DNA of 64,000 bases, from contig CM052817.1 of assembly GCA_028534125.1 (NCBI GenBank), positions 64,978,001 to 65,042,000 on the forward strand. Reading direction: 5' to 3'. This stretch comes from Lama glama (lineage: Eukaryota). The notes beneath the pieces were generated by a model. It did no database searches. It saw nothing but the letters and a program-made list of their open reading frames with translations, and had not been told where the DNA came from. Shown here piece by piece: positions 1-15,233 of this stretch (position 1 is the stretch's first letter; the number at the start of each line of letters is the position of its first letter). Made by a program: the position numbers and the translations under genes.

Positions 1-559
1 TCTCCCACAGCGAGGACCCTGGTTTTTAAGAACATCAATATAATAAATTTATTTGCTCAGTCCTAAAACACACACAGAATAGTTTTGGAATTGCTACACC
101 AATATCTACAAAAAACAAACTGACTTAAATAAAGATCAAGACTTCATCTCAGTTCTTTTTGTCATTAGAATATATTCCAATAAAGGTATACAGTCAGAGA
201 ACTATGTTCAAACATTGCTTGGATTAATTCTTTTTTAATTCTCTTCTGTTTTGTTATGTCTTCAATACATTTACATTCATTTGTTTCTGTTTAAATTCAA
301 TTTTAGCAATCTCTCATCCTTGTTGATTTCATTTTATTTCCTGAATATATAGAATATTAACACAATTCAAAAGTCAAAACTTTATTTTAAAAGTATTCTC
401 AAAGAGATCTCATTCCTTTTCCTGCCCTCCCTCCCCCTCACTCTCACCTACTTTTTTATGTAAGCAGTATCATTAGTTTTGGGTTCTTCCTGTGGTTTTT
501 TTTTTTTTTTTTTGCAACAGTAAGCAGATGTACACACACTCATTTCTTTTTTCTTGCAT

Positions 560-1080
560 TAAAATATAGCTTTCTATATACACTCTCTTGTATCTCATTT
601 TTTCCACTTAACGGTATACCCTGGAAATCACCCCACACTGGTTCACAGAGATCTTCCTCCTTTCTTTTACAACTGCATGGTACTCCTTGTTTGTTAAACT
701 GAGACCCCACAGTTTATTCAACATCTTCTATGTATAGTCACTAGGTGGTTTCCACTATCTTGCTATTACAAATACTGCTTAAATGAATAATCTTAGGTAC
801 ATTTTCTTTTATTTTTGGAGTTGTAGCTTCAGGGCTAGTGTTGTTGGATCAAAATGCATATGTGTTAGCTTTTGCTGAATTTTCTTCCACGGAAATCATA
901 ACATTTTACACAATTCACTTACAATGTGTGAAAATGCCTACTTCCTCATAGCCTCAATAACAAAGTATGTTAACCAAACTTATGAATTTAAAAAAATCAA
1001 TCCGATAGTTGAGAAATGGCATTTCTCTGATTACATATGAAGTGTAGCATCTTTCATTCTAGTTAGGCGCCTTTTATATC
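560..1080 (-). mobile_element. Old L1 (L1M-type) 3' fragment
   Basis: Antisense L1 3'-region motifs (tttccactatcttgctattacaaatactgct, gagaaatggcatttc). Confidence 0.6.
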
Positions 1081-1098
1081 TCCCCTCATCTCTCCCAC

Positions 1099-1101
<3 letters not shown>

Positions 1102-1139
<38 letters not shown>
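1102..1139. repeat. (TG)n microsatellite
   Basis: Direct reading. Confidence 0.95.
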
Positions 1140-1142
<3 letters not shown>

Positions 1143-1924
1143 AGTACCTGCAGCCTGATTTCAGAGTTTATAAATCCTTTCGATGAATTAGGTCTTAGGA
1201 ACCTTTATTTTGAAGATGATACTGAAGCCCCTAAAACATATGTAGTAGGAAATGTAAAATGAGAGCCTAGATGTCCTTATTTCTAATTTACTTTTCCATT
1301 AAGCTATTAACTTGTACTCAGTTCCTTTTTTTCTTCCCCTAGGCCAGAAAAAGAGCCCTTTTCTGATTAAAGAGCGTGTTTGAAAAGAACCAAACCAAGG
1401 TTGCTACATAAAAGGCATTAAAAAAGGCCTTTCAAGCAGCATGTTAGCATTAATGAAAGTTGGAATCAAGTGGAAACAAGCACTTTTTAAACATTTAGAA
1501 CAAAACCTTACTGTCAAGTGCTAAGTGCTTTCACCAAAGTTGTTACTAAAGAAGTGTGTGCCACCACCTAGGCACCATCTAACCATTGCTTTAGAAATTT
1601 CAACAAATGGGCTGTCTTAGGAATCATCAATCACAAGGGAATTTTAAAAACGATTTTCATACGTTCAGAATGTGTTCAAAAGTAAATATGTCTGTTATTA
1701 ATTACCCTCATTGCTTCTTAAGAATATGTTAATGTATGCATTTTTTAGAAAAACAACACCACCTTTGTCAAGCTTTCCTTGTTCATTTTCATCATGTACC
1801 TCAGTTAGGTGACCAGTGCAAAACTTTCTAACGTTTTCTTGGACCCAAGTGTAAAGCTGATCTTGCTCAAGCTTTGTTTAGTGTATGGTCATGCATATCT
1901 CTAACGGAGAATGTGATGTTTTAG

Positions 1925-2137
1925 GCAGTGGTAGAAGCCAAGAAGTTAATCTTGGGAGGACTTGAAAAAGCAGAGAAAAAGGAGGACACCATGATGTACT
2001 TGCTGGCTCTGAAGAATGCCCTGTTTCCAGAAGGCATCCCGCTGCTTCTGAAGTATGCGGAGGCAGGAGAAGGGCCCGTCAGCCACCTTGCTACCACCAC
2101 TCTCCAGAGATATGGAGCCCCTTTCATAACTAATGAG
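1925..2137 (+). CDS. MTTP: MTTP coding exon (exon 11 by recalled human numbering), microsomal triglyceride transfer protein large subunit, alpha-helical domain
   Basis: ttttag|GCAGTG acceptor and GAG|gtaaat donor; 213 bp, phase 0/0; translates [22 protein letters not shown]...PFITNE, recognised as MTTP. Confidence 0.97.
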
Positions 2138-2965
2138 GTAAATTCTCCAAGAATATTTGCAACATTCATGAAAGGAAAAAAGCATGCCTAATCACGAGTC
2201 AAATGCAAGCTCCTCTGAAGTTACCCAATTTTTCCCCCCAAACCAACAATCTCTTTCCTATTTAGAAATAACCCTTAAATTGAATTTAAGTCTATTCTGA
2301 AGCAGCCTCCCACTTTTAATAGGTAATGTCTTATATCCCAAAGCATAAATATGGAAGCATATTCTCTTATTTTAAGAAACAATTTTTTCCAAAATATCTT
2401 TACTTCCATAAGTTTTAAGATGCCCTTAAATTTTTGACACTGGAATAACCTGGCTTAAGCATTATACCATGTTGGTCCCTACAGCTGCATTTTCAGGAAG
2501 CATCCAAATTAAACATTTTTTAAGGTCAGAGAATGTTTATAAACAGCAAAATAAATTGCCTGCTGAGAATTATGTTTCCAATTTGCAGCTAAATTTTGTG
2601 TCAAAGTTGATAGGCTGTGAAGTATGATAATTAGGATCATGGGTTTTTGAGACAGACAGACCTGCATATACATTCTAGCTCTGCTCTTTCCAGTTGTTTT
2701 TGCTTAGGTGAGTTGTTTTTTTTTTTAAAAAAAAAACTACTATATACCTGAGAAGAAGGTCAACATTTGGGGGAGACAGAAAAAGGCAGAAGCAAGTAGA
2801 ATTGAAAGACATATTTATAAATGCCTAGTACAGAGCTCCATATACAACATATTGTTAGGCAATGCTAGTAACCAATGAAATTGGTTATTGGCACAGAATG
2901 CAATTATTTTGGCAAATTTTCTTTGGTAATAATGTTTTGTCAGAAAAAAAGAGAAAGTCTGCTAA

Positions 2966-3190
2966 TATAACCTATGGACTTTATGTGATAATGGTGTAAC
3001 AATATAGGTTCATCAAATATAACAAATGTGCCAGTGTGGTGCAGGATGTTGATGGAGGGGGAGGTTGTGTGTGTGGGTGGAGATGGGGAGGAATGGAGAG
3101 CAGGAAGTATAGAGGAACTTTGTACTTTCAGCTCAGTTTTGTTGTAAACCTAAAATTGCTCTAAAAAGTATAGCTTATTAATTAAAAAAA
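2966..3190 (+). mobile_element. L1MC-type 3' end
   Basis: ggactttatgtgataatg...gtactttcagctcagttttgttgtaaacctaaaattgctctaaaa followed by an A tail. Confidence 0.7.
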
Positions 3191-3576
3191 AGAAGGTAAG
3201 ATTCTGATAAGGAAATAAAAATTTATACAGACATCTCTTCCCAGGGCCCCTTTGCCATGTGGCAGTTATGTCTTTAAAACTCTATATTAGGTAATACCAT
3301 GATGTTCTTCAATAACAAACAAACCTCAAAATCTCAGCTTCTCATCCATGCTATGCCTAAGAAAGAGAGGGAGAAGGTATGCCAGCTCTCAACTACCTTT
3401 GCCCAGAAGTTACCCACAGAGATTCTGTTTGTGGTCCATGAGCCAGAACAATGACCCCAACCTAACTGCAAAGGAACGCAGGAAATATAGGAACACACAT
3501 CTATTTTTTATGAACATTAACTATTCCTGTCACAATATCAGTTTAAAAAATCTAAATGTGCACTAACTAAGCTTGA

Positions 3577-3804
<228 letters not shown>

Positions 3805-5508
3805 TAGGAAACAGTGCCCCAGTCTCTGCTTGTCCCAGCTTATTTGTATGTTAGTGTGGTGCACATGTGGTTGATAAAAATGGTGTGGTCTTTCTTCTGG
3901 GTTCTGTTGCATTAAACCGGAGTTTGCCAAATTTCCCATAAGAGAACTGTTTGGTGGGCCAGATTTTACAACTTCACTTTGGCACTATGATTTGAAACTC
4001 TGGGTATGATTTTTCCTCTAGGTTTCCCATTCGATCTGGTAATATTGTATTACCAAATGTTAGCAATGTTTTAAAATCCAACTATATTTTCAATAGGACT
4101 ATTTTTATAACTAGCATAATAAGATGAGGTAAGTTCTCACCAAATGGCCTTTCATCTTAACTTTCCAAATGTTAGGGATCTTTGATGCTTCATTTATGAC
4201 AGATCAAATGAATTTACCATGTGAGTTTAAAACCTTATATGTGACCCACATTTTAGAACTATTGAAAATATGAAGAGTGTGATCAGCCGACTTCACTGCT
4301 CTCAGTTACTCTTGCTGTATTCATCTTCCTTCCAGTTACCAAGTCTCTCCTCTCAAATTCACTGAGGTGAATTTTTTTCACTAAAATCAGAGAGCTGGAG
4401 GAGGAATTTCTATTTCCCCTGAGTTACATGCAGAGCACTACCTTCAGGAAAGATCAAATTTGAGTGTTCCCAGTTGAAAAGGAAAACAGACATGGGGGAG
4501 GGTGGAAAATGGATAAAGAGAAAGGAAATGGGGGAAAAAGGCAGTAAAAGAATGAGGGAAAGAGAAGCAAGGAATAAGACTGAAAGATAAAGAAACAGGA
4601 GGAGTAAGTAGACGAGAGAAAAGAGCAGGGCAAAGAAGGAAGGAGGGTCAGATAAGTGATGGAGACAAAAAGCAAAATCTCTTTCCAGCCATGGGTTCCT
4701 AGCTCAGTGGATTCGACTTATTCTATTGCTTTGTTTGGTTTTATGAGACTCAGTGGAGGAGATTCTGGATGTATTTGCTGCCCTTGTCTTGGGAACCTAG
4801 TGATTCAGGGGACAGTAAAGGGGAAGCAATGGAGTCGAGAGCAACCAGGGAAAGATGAGGAAGCCATCGCCAGCACGGCAGTCAGATCCTCAGAACTGCA
4901 AATGTCCGAGTTGGAAAGGACGTCAAGGTCCCCCTTGCTTGGTATCACTCTCCAGTGCGGGGGTCTTGTCTCCCGGCAGGTGGTGTCCAGATTTCAGTTG
5001 CACCGCTCCAGTGGGCAGAGGTTCACCACCTCTGAGGGAACCTGTGTCATCCATCAGAGACTCTCACCAGTCCTTACTTTGCATAACTGAAATCTTCCTC
5101 CTGGCCCAGGTTTTACCCCTGGAGTGAAGCAGCACAGATCTAATCATCCGTCCACATCCCGACCCTTTGAATATTAGCGGACAGCTCTTCATCTTTTCCT
5201 CTCCAGGCTAGAATCCTATAACTGAGCGATACTTGGGGGAAAACCCTATATCCATTCCTTCCTCTTGATAAGGTTCTAACTCAGATCTAGACCTATATTT
5301 CTTTAGTTGATTATTTTAATGGGTTTTTTTTGCTGTGTTGTTATAATTTTCTTGTTACTGATATGATTAGTGTTAAGTAGTCACAAATAGGAAGATCTCA
5401 ACACTAATTAGACAGGTAGACAAAATAGAGGCACAGGGTAAGTTTTAAGACTTACTATAGAGGAGACAATTGGATTTTACTGAGATATTTCTTCAATTAA
5501 AAACTACA

Positions 5509-5636
5509 GGGGGCAGGGTATAGCTCAGTGGTAGAGTGCATGCCTAGCATGCACGAGTTCCTGGGTTCAATCCCCAGCACCTTCATTAAAAAAATAAATA
5601 AATAAACCTAATTACCCCCCCCCAAAAAAGAAGAAA
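5509..5636 (+). mobile_element. tRNA-derived SINE (Vic-1-like, camelid)
   Basis: ggggcagggtatagctcagtggtagag (A box)...gggttcaatccc (B box), then an A-rich AAACCTAATTACCCC tail. Confidence 0.85.
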
Positions 5637-6078
5637 TTTATGGGAGTTTACTATTAATATCATTAGCCAGTGATAACATGAGAAGGTATAGGAAAACATT
5701 TAAAGAAATATTGGGTAACCTCTCCAGTCTGGTACAACTTGCCTTAAAAGTATGTACTATTTAACAACAGAACCACGATGATCAAAGAGCACGTGTTTTC
5801 CACTCCTGAGGTGTGTCCATCCGTCAGCTTAAGCCATCTCATAGTTGGGTGTTCTCGCCTTGCTGTCATTGTGATACCAAACTGAATAATCCGAGGAATG
5901 AAGGGGAAAGCCCTCGTCCTGGTGCTGGCACTCCAGCTGGCACCTCCCCAGTCTCGGAGCGGCACGAGGAAAATTTGGCCCCCTCTTTTTTCCACGGAGG
6001 ATTTGGGTCCTTTCCACATCTGACTTGGGAAACAGCCATTACAATGAATGTGCAGCTTTTTTCTCTTATGTGTTACAG

Positions 6079-6452
<374 letters not shown>

Positions 6453-7672
6453 TGAAGTAAAATAAAATATATTCTAATGATAACACTATAGAATGCATAA
6501 TTAATATCTCTGTTGTGTCACGCATGAGTCCACCTGTAAGAGGCTGTATGGTTACTGGTCCCAGAAAGAGTTTAAAATATGAACTTGAAAACCTATGTAT
6601 TTTGAGTCACTGGACTTGCCAAGCACCCATAACCTTCTTTTCAAAGGTATACATATCCCCAAAATTGAAATCATGCTAATATTTCTCACATATGTTTTAA
6701 AAAATTATTTTGTTTTTAATTCATAGATATATTCCTTGAAGCTCCAGATATTTAATTTTAGAATATCTTTCCTTCTCTGGGTATTTCTATGAGAAGATTG
6801 ATTCTCTACAATAAAAGCTTTCATAATAGAATACGGCTCTCTAAAGATCAATCTATGTCTTTCTAATACTGCTAGGAGAGACGAGAATAAACTGTAGGCA
6901 TCTGGCAACTGACTAAGTGCCATCCCCTTAGTTTTATCCCAAATTTGGTGACAATCTATAAAGGCTTCCTCATTGTGAAATATACTTTCATTTTAGTTCT
7001 TATGCATATCAAATTATAATCTTCTAAATAAACTTTAAAAATGATCCAGTGCTATATAAACTTGGGTTCTTATCAATATTGAGTTACCACACCTTCGATA
7101 GGACTCTAGTCAGGATGCTGCGCCTTCTGTCCTGAGGCATCACCATCTGTTTTCTGACATGTGCTCTGAAATGCAAAGCTCCCAGTGGCTAAGGCACTGG
7201 GTATGAAGGACAGGGGATACGTAGGATTCCTCTGTGGCAGAGATCAGGATGAGAGCCTCTTCATGGGGTTCTTTTCTTTTCTTTTACTACAGAAAGTTTT
7301 ATGTGGACAGGTGTGAGGCACGGCTTAGAGAGTTCACAGCATCTGTCGTGCAGACTTAGGCTGGCTGTCTAACACCTCTCCATCTGCTTTCAGGGGCTCT
7401 GCAGGATAGCTGATCCACTATGCATGACAGTTCTGGAGACTAAGAAGAGTCTCTAGGGTGACACTATAAAATGGAAAGCTCATGGCCTTGTAGTCAGAAG
7501 GGGGTTAAGTCCTGCCTCTGCCGTTTGAGGTTTTCTTTCCAGCCTCATCTACAAAATAGATAAAATTATATGTACCTCAAGGGATGACTGTGAGGATTAA
7601 ATGAGGAAAACTAACTCAGCTTGTTTCAGGCATAGAGTAGTTCGGGTTTGCCTAGCAGCTGCAGGCATTTGA

Positions 7673-8104
<432 letters not shown>

Positions 8105-9384
8105 TAAGCATTCTGCTCTCTTGGTATTGTGCCCTTTCTCCTTTTCTCCTTTGCTATAAGTAAATGGGGTTTCCTTTGGCCTTTGTTAGCGGGTGAAGAC
8201 ATCTCACTGTTGAGGCAAAAGAGGACGTACTCAATTTAATATGAATATAATATAATATCAGTTATATCTCAATAAAGCCAAAAAGGAAGAGAGAGGGAAA
8301 AAAACTGGTGCTAATAGAAACAAGAAGTTATGGAAAAATAACCTAGGATTTGACAGAGAAGAGATTGTATTACCTCTCCACTTGAATTTCCTAGATATGT
8401 GGACTTAGATGACATTTTTTTCTGAAGACAGGAGCTGAACTACATGGCTTCATAAGTTACTGATGATATTTATCATGACATCGATGATAAGAATCCAAAT
8501 AATGCATCGTTTTGACCCTGCCAAATCAGTGGAGGCATAGGCAACCGCTTACACCAAGCACGTGTTTAATGGAGACTCTTTGCTCTAAATTCTCATGTTT
8601 GCAAAGATTCATTCATTATTGGAGAAAAAGAGAACTTTCATTCACTTGAACTGCATTCTTCAGAATAGTTTTCAATTTTCTTCGCCCCCAAATCTTACAT
8701 CACTGTACTAAGGTATGACCATACCATCTTCCGTGCAGTAAGAGATTTAGGTGACCAAGTTACTGTGGGATGGGCGTGGTCTGCCTCTTTGAATTTCTGA
8801 GAAACAGAAGAGGGTTAATCTGAATAACCTTTGAGTTTGAATGTTTGATGCTTAAACTTTTTTGGTTTAACTTATTTCCTGCCTCACTAAGCACAGCAAT
8901 ATAAAAAACAGAATATTTGCCGAATAAGGAGCTTATGTGAAATCCTTGAAGTGGTCACTGGGCACACTCATTCATAATTGTGATACTAAATATATATGAA
9001 GAGATTAGATTAAAATTTATAGGCTATAGAACTTGCTTGGGAAGTTTGCTTTTGTGGTTTAATACATTTACAAGTAATAACTTGGGTTTGAATTTTGCCT
9101 CCGCTAGTTACTGTCTGTGTGCTCTTGAGCAGTTACTTAATAGCTTTAAACTAAGATTTCCTACTGATAAAGTGAGGCATTTGGAACAGATGATCCAAAG
9201 TTTTTATCAGCTTTATTCTTTGCCAGGTAATATGAGGATTTTGATTTGTTGGGTTCTAGTTATGAAATCATAGCTTTTAAGATCTGGGAGAGACCTTAAG
9301 TAACAGATATTACTAAAACTCCCTTGAAACATCATTGATGGGAACAAAATATTAATTCCCTATCTTTATTGTTCCTCATCACAG

Positions 9385-9800
9385 GTCAGGATAGCTGTCT
9401 AGAACAAAAATAACCAAGTTTGGGTAGCTTAACCACATGGTTTGATTTTTATCATGTATCAAATATTTGGAAGTTGCTACTTCAGGGTTGATATGAGCAC
9501 CCTAAGATACTATCAGGATCTAGACTCTTTTTCCTCAGCTCAGCCATCTTTACTCATGGCTTTAACCTTGTGCTTGTCACCTCATGATTATCAGATGGCT
9601 GCTGCATTCCAGCACTACTTCCTCATTCCAGGAAGGAAGAGGGAAGGGTAGGGGCAGCAGAGTCTGATTCTTTCAAGAACTTTCCTGGAAGCCCTATCTA
9701 TTCCTATAAAAGATAAACATCTGCCAAAGGAAGCCCTTTTGTTAATAATGAAGCTGTGTCATATGGACACCCGTAGCTTCAAGAGAAGCTGGTAAATATA
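9385..9800 (-). mobile_element. Degenerate MaLR (MLT1-type) LTR fragment
   Basis: Motifs such as atggctgctgcattccagca and gctgtgtcatatggacacccgtagcttcaagagaagctgg. Confidence 0.45.
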
Positions 9801-10179
9801 GTTTCTCAATGATTATATTGACATTCCAAACAAAGCTGTGATTCTGTCAATATGAGTTAGAAGAAGGACAACCAGCAATGCCTTTCATACGTCCTTAATC
9901 CTCAAGTTCACACAGGAAAATTTGTTCTCAAATTATATTGGAATTTTACACTGCACATTTCCATTGCGGTATTACCTCTGGGGAAATGCATTCTTAATGA
10001 AAGAATCTCTAAAGAAGGCATAAGAGTGCTGAGAAAATAGCCCACATTTTAAGATGTAGGAATAACAGTTTAGCACCCATCTATGTGTACTCATCTTTTG
10101 ATCAAACCTACCCATCGCCAATGCCCAGTAGTTTGAGCCAGGGTATAAAACTTGATGCGAACGTAAGTAGTAATCTAGG

Positions 10180-10401
10180 TTAGGGTTGGCAAACTCTTTG
10201 TGTAAAAGACAGAAAGTACATATTTTAGGTTCTGTGGGACACATGGTCTCTGGGACAATTACTCAGCTCTGCCATTGTAGAGTAAAATTAGCCATTAGTG
10301 AGATAGTAACAAATGAGTGTGGCAGTGTTCCAATAAAATTTTATTTACAAAAACAACCAGTGGGCCAGAGTTGTCTGCAAGCTGTAGTTTGCCAACCCCT
10401 G
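10180..10401. mobile_element. MER58A-like hAT-Charlie MITE
   Basis: Terminal inverted repeats agggttggcaaac ... gtttgccaacccctg; internal gtgttccaataaaattttatttacaaaaaca. Confidence 0.85.
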
Positions 10402-12834
10402 ATTTGGATTATCTTGTAAGGTTTTTTTATTCGTTAAGCTAGGGCACCAAAGGCATATTCAGAGAGAAACATCTTCCCTTAGCTGTTAAACATAACCCAA
10501 TGTCTGTATTTCAGATTGGAGGGTTTGGCAGACCTGGGTGTATTATACAAACAAGCTGTTTGAGGCTCCCTGGCTCTGCAGAGCACTCCAGTAATGCCAT
10601 CCCAGCTTCAGAGGCACATACCACTCTAGGTCAAGTGCTGACATTGGAGGAAATGTTGGCAGTGGGTGGCTTGTCACAACTGCCAGGGCAGATGGAATTA
10701 CTCTGTGCTCACTCTCTCTCTCCCTTTTCAGCTAACTGGATTACTCTTCAGAGAAGGATGTCTGATAAAGCCAGATTAATAGGGAAAGCCTCTTTAGCCA
10801 GCAAAGAACTTTTTTTTTTTTTCCTGAATGGAAGCAATAGGATGAGTTGTCAAAATATCAGTGTCTGAGCTGGAAGAAACACCTTTGGGACCAAAAGTAA
10901 AAGATCAAAGGGGTCACATTAGCTACAAAACAAAGCTCCAGTGTCTTGTTCCTCTGGTTCATAGACAAGAATTTAAATAAATATACACTCTGGGTCACAA
11001 GGACATAAGCCTGGGTTCTATCTTTTCTTGCAGTATTTCTCAGAACAGGCCTCCTTGCACACTAGGAAACAAAATAGTTAAGATTTTGTGATAGCTGTGT
11101 ATAGTAGTAGAAAATTCTCCCCACTAGAGACAGGCTGGGTGTTCCTTTCAGCTCCAAATGTAGAGTCTCCGAGCCTGATTTTTCTATTCAGTCTGTCAGT
11201 CTTTAGATATAATGCCTGCCAGGGAAGGTTAGTATGGGAATTAAATGAGATAGCAAATGTAGAGCTTTGGGGGCACAATAGGTGCTCAAAAACTGTTAGT
11301 TCCACTTATTTTAGACCCCTCAAAAATTAGAACCACTGCAGTATGTGGTTTAGTCCCTTTCACTAAAAAAAGAGTGGTTTGTCCTTCTACAGAGGTCCGT
11401 GGTCTGTCCTCTTACGGGGGTCCAAACAGATTCCTCTGTGACTATACATAAGAATTCTTCCATGATTCCTTTGCATGGGAGACATGTAATTGTCCCAGAA
11501 AGCCAAGGCACTCCTCAGTGCAGTGGAAATGCTCTCTCCCCACAAAAGGCTCATTGTCTTAATAGTAGTGAAATATTCTTTCCTATGGCACTTGGTGTGT
11601 TTTGACATCCCCATAACATATGGTCAATGGGAAGGCCAAAGTCTGTATCACAGACCTCTGCTGGGTTGGGTGGACTAACAAGATTATCATTTTCAAATTG
11701 GGAACAGAGAATAGGATCCAAGGGAAGAAATACCTCTGAGGCAGGGCACACAGTAGGGCTCATTTGGAAACAATCACAGTTACAGTACAAATGCAGAACT
11801 CTGATACCGTGGTTCTGCAGTTCATAGGCATAGGTTAAAATCTGGCCGCGATTAATGTGGTTTTCTCAGAATACTCTGTGTTCCTTTATGTTACTTGTGA
11901 TGCCTGAAGCAATATCTGCATCCCACCACAAACACATTTTGTTCTAGACTGAATGTAGCAGTAAGTATCCTTAGGGCTCGCTCCCAACGTGTCCCAAGCT
12001 CTGCTTCAAGAACCTCATGCTTTCATCCAGGTGTCTTTCAGACCGAATGTAGCTTTGTGCCACATCAGACCTTTTTTAATAAACCAAATTCTATGATAAA
12101 GATTTCCCGACACAGTTTTTGGGAAGTGGAGAGAATTCAGGGAGATTAAAGATGAACATAATCCTTTCTAGAAAGTGAAATCGCAGCATTTTTAGCTAGT
12201 GAAAGCGGTGGCTTGCTTGATCTGAGCAGGGCAGTTACATAAAGAAATTAGTCATGCTGCCAGTTGCCATGAACCTAAGATCTTTGGGGGAATATCAAAA
12301 TTAAGGGTACTGAGCCTTTTTCCCAGAACTGTTGTCGTTTCCAACACTGTCCCTAGGCAATCTGATTCCAATGCCGCTGAAGTTTTCAGCCAACTTCGCC
12401 CCATCTAATCCATGTAAAAATGGCAAGACTTACAGGGTAAATGCTAGCAAACAGCATAAAACAATGGATTTCAGACCAAAATTGCTGAGGATGGACTATG
12501 TTTGTAAATATGTACAGTCGAGTTCATGTTGGTCTTACTTGTCATTTTAATGTCATTCCAAGTGGCAAACAATAAGGCATTAAGGCTTAGTTAAGTTGCC
12601 TGCCTTACTTTCCTAGCTTTCCTTTTCTAGGCAGTTCCTGGAACTTGTGTCCCGCCCTGGCAGTTTTTATCCTGCCTTTCATTTGCCAGCAGGCTGCAGT
12701 TGACTATATTTGACACGACACATACCTAGAGAAGTGCTAAAGGACTTTGAGAGCTCATCCAGCCCAACCCTTCATCTCATCCCAAAGCCACAGCTGGATT
12801 CTTGATGGAGAAGCCTGCATTCTCCCTAGTCTGA

Positions 12835-13001
12835 CAGTTCTCAAATTTAGGTGCATCAGAGTCACATGAAAGCTTATTAAAACACAGATTGCTGGGACTC
12901 ACCCTCAGAGTTTCTAATTTAGTACGCATGGGGCATGTATTTCTCACAAGTTCCCTGGATGCTCATGGTATTCGTCAGGGAACCACACTGTGAGAACCAT
13001 T
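12835..13001. mobile_element. MER5A-like hAT-Charlie element
   Basis: gttctcaaa...tgcatcagagtcac...acacagattgctggg...cacactgtgagaaccattg. Confidence 0.75.
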
Positions 13002-13204
13002 GTCCCTCCCAAAGTGAGGCAAAGATTGAAAGAAAGCACCCTTCTCAATTGACACTTCACTTCTTTGGTATTTTGATTGACTTAGATACTTTAATAAATC
13101 AATGATCTACTTCTGGTGATCAAGATTAGAATGTGTTTCCGAACCTAGAGAAAGACATCAACATTAGCACAACTCACATGCTACTACCTACAGCAAGAGG
13201 TTGA

Positions 13205-13417
<213 letters not shown>

Positions 13418-14169
13418 TAAGCATATGTATAATACTTTATGAAAAGAACAGCAGAGATATGTTTTTGGAATTGTTTAACCTTCTGACTTCTCAAAATCCA
13501 TGCTTTCTATTTATAATCATTAATCACAGAGTAGAAAGTAACCATGGGAAGTCATTCTTTCCTAGCTTCTTACGAGCAGGTTGGTACCTACTACATCTCA
13601 GCCAAGGATCTTCTTGCTTTTAAAGACATCCGTGGACAGCATGCCCAGGGGATGAGAAGGTCATCTTCTCTTGTTTTCCACTTTAGTAGTTGACAACGCT
13701 GTCTGAAAAGTTTACTTTTAAGCAAATTGTTTTAGCATATCCCTCTTGCTGGGATTTTAAATCTTTCTTATTTTGCTGTCTTCAGGGGAGAAAAATAAAA
13801 AGATAGTCACTTTTGTGCCGAATCTAAATCTTAAACATTGAGTCTGTAAGTGTTTTTATTAGTGTTCATTTTTCTAAACAAAATTTTCTCAGCTCCTTTA
13901 GTTTTTCTCATTGACCCATTAGATCAAGTGAAAGCATTTGATATTGAACTTAATGTCTTTGAATCAGCATGATAACCAAAAGAATTATTCTTCTGTTTGT
14001 TATAGTATTGATGAAAAGAAAATAGAAAGGCAATTGATTTTTACCTTTTTGGATATTTAATAATATTGTGGGACAGAACTGAGATAGGAGTGCTAACATT
14101 AGATTTTTAATTTATTTTGAACAATGGATGAAAGAATTGAGAACAATCAAAAGGTGGGACATTTAACAT

Positions 14170-14265
14170 GAAAGGTGACCTACATACAGTGCTACTAAAT
14201 GGAACCAAAGAATGAGAAAGGTGACCTACATACAGTGCTACTAAATGGAACCAAAGAATGAGAAA
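14170..14265. repeat. Perfect 46-bp tandem duplication
   Basis: gaaaggtgacctacatacagtgctactaaatggaaccaaagaatga x2, followed by gaaa. Confidence 0.95.
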
Positions 14266-15062
14266 TCAGAGGGATAAGCAATATAATTTAGGGCGTCCCT
14301 TTGAATCAGTCCTCTTTCTCTTCTTTCTGATGTATTTTCTAGATAGAGTTTTCCCCAGTTGAAACTGAACTGAATTCTTTGCAGGAGGGAAGCAACAACA
14401 GCAACAGCCAAAAAAAAAAAAAAAAAAAAAGAAAGGAAAGAAAAGAAAAAATAAATCTGGATTTTTACAAGGGGAACAGTGTCCCTAAGAATCTACCAGT
14501 GTCTACATTGTAGCCTACATTGAATTTCATCCTCAATTTTCCATTTGTTCACTTAGAAAATATCTCTTAAGCCTCTGCTGAGTGTAAGATATTAGAAGAT
14601 ATGGTAAGGGATTCAGGGATTTAAACGCTACCACCTCTGACCTACTTTCACACTGGCAATAACAGCAGGTGTGCTGAGAATAGCCCTCTCAAAAAAGCGT
14701 GGATAGACAACTCTGTCTCATTTGAAGTTTACAATTAAATTAGACTGGTTCTAGAGGTAAGCCTTATAGTAGGATTGTTTACCCTCTTCGTTTTCATCCA
14801 AGCTACTCTCCTAGTTAATCCAGTCTGTCCATCCAGTTCTCTCGGTGAACACTGGAGAACCCACCATATCTGTCCTTCCTGATTCCTGGGACTAACTAGG
14901 ATCTGGTTACTAACAGAGCTGTCAGCACACTCAGGTCACCTATTAGTCCCTTAAGTGTTTCCTTCTAGCTATCAGTGTCAGAAATTCAGACACTGTGAAA
15001 TTATAGCTGTTAGTTCAGCTTGGTTAAATGTGATTAACAGGTGAATTTGCTCAATTCTTCAG

Positions 15063-15233
15063 GGTAGCTGTGGTAATATCTGGTGACATCACAGTGGACT
15101 CTGCTTTTGTGAAAGCTGGCCTGGAAATCAGTGCAGAAACAGAAGCAGGCTTGGAGTTTATCTCCACAGTGCAGTTTTCTCAGTACCCGTTCCTAGTCTG
15201 CCTGCAGATGGACCGGGATGCAGCTCCATACAG
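15063..15233 (+). CDS. MTTP: MTTP coding exon (exon 17); absent from the supplied ORF track
   Basis: ttcttcag|GGTAGC acceptor and CAG|gtaaga donor; 171 bp; manual translation [56 protein letters not shown](R); phase matches both neighbouring exons. Confidence 0.96.

Noticed and set aside
4656..5127. 144-aa and 90-aa ORFs in a GC-richer patch of an MTTP intron
   Set aside because: No recognisable protein or splice support; probably an old LTR-derived segment that I cannot name.
5509..5590. tRNA-like sequences with A/B boxes (five places)
   Set aside because: They have SINE tails and TSDs and lack a proper acceptor stem, so they are retroposed SINEs, not tRNA genes.
5813..6078. Open frame extending ~88 codons upstream of MTTP exon 13
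   Set aside because: The canonical acceptor at 6078 gives the exon size and phase needed; the extension is not MTTP-like and is within chance.
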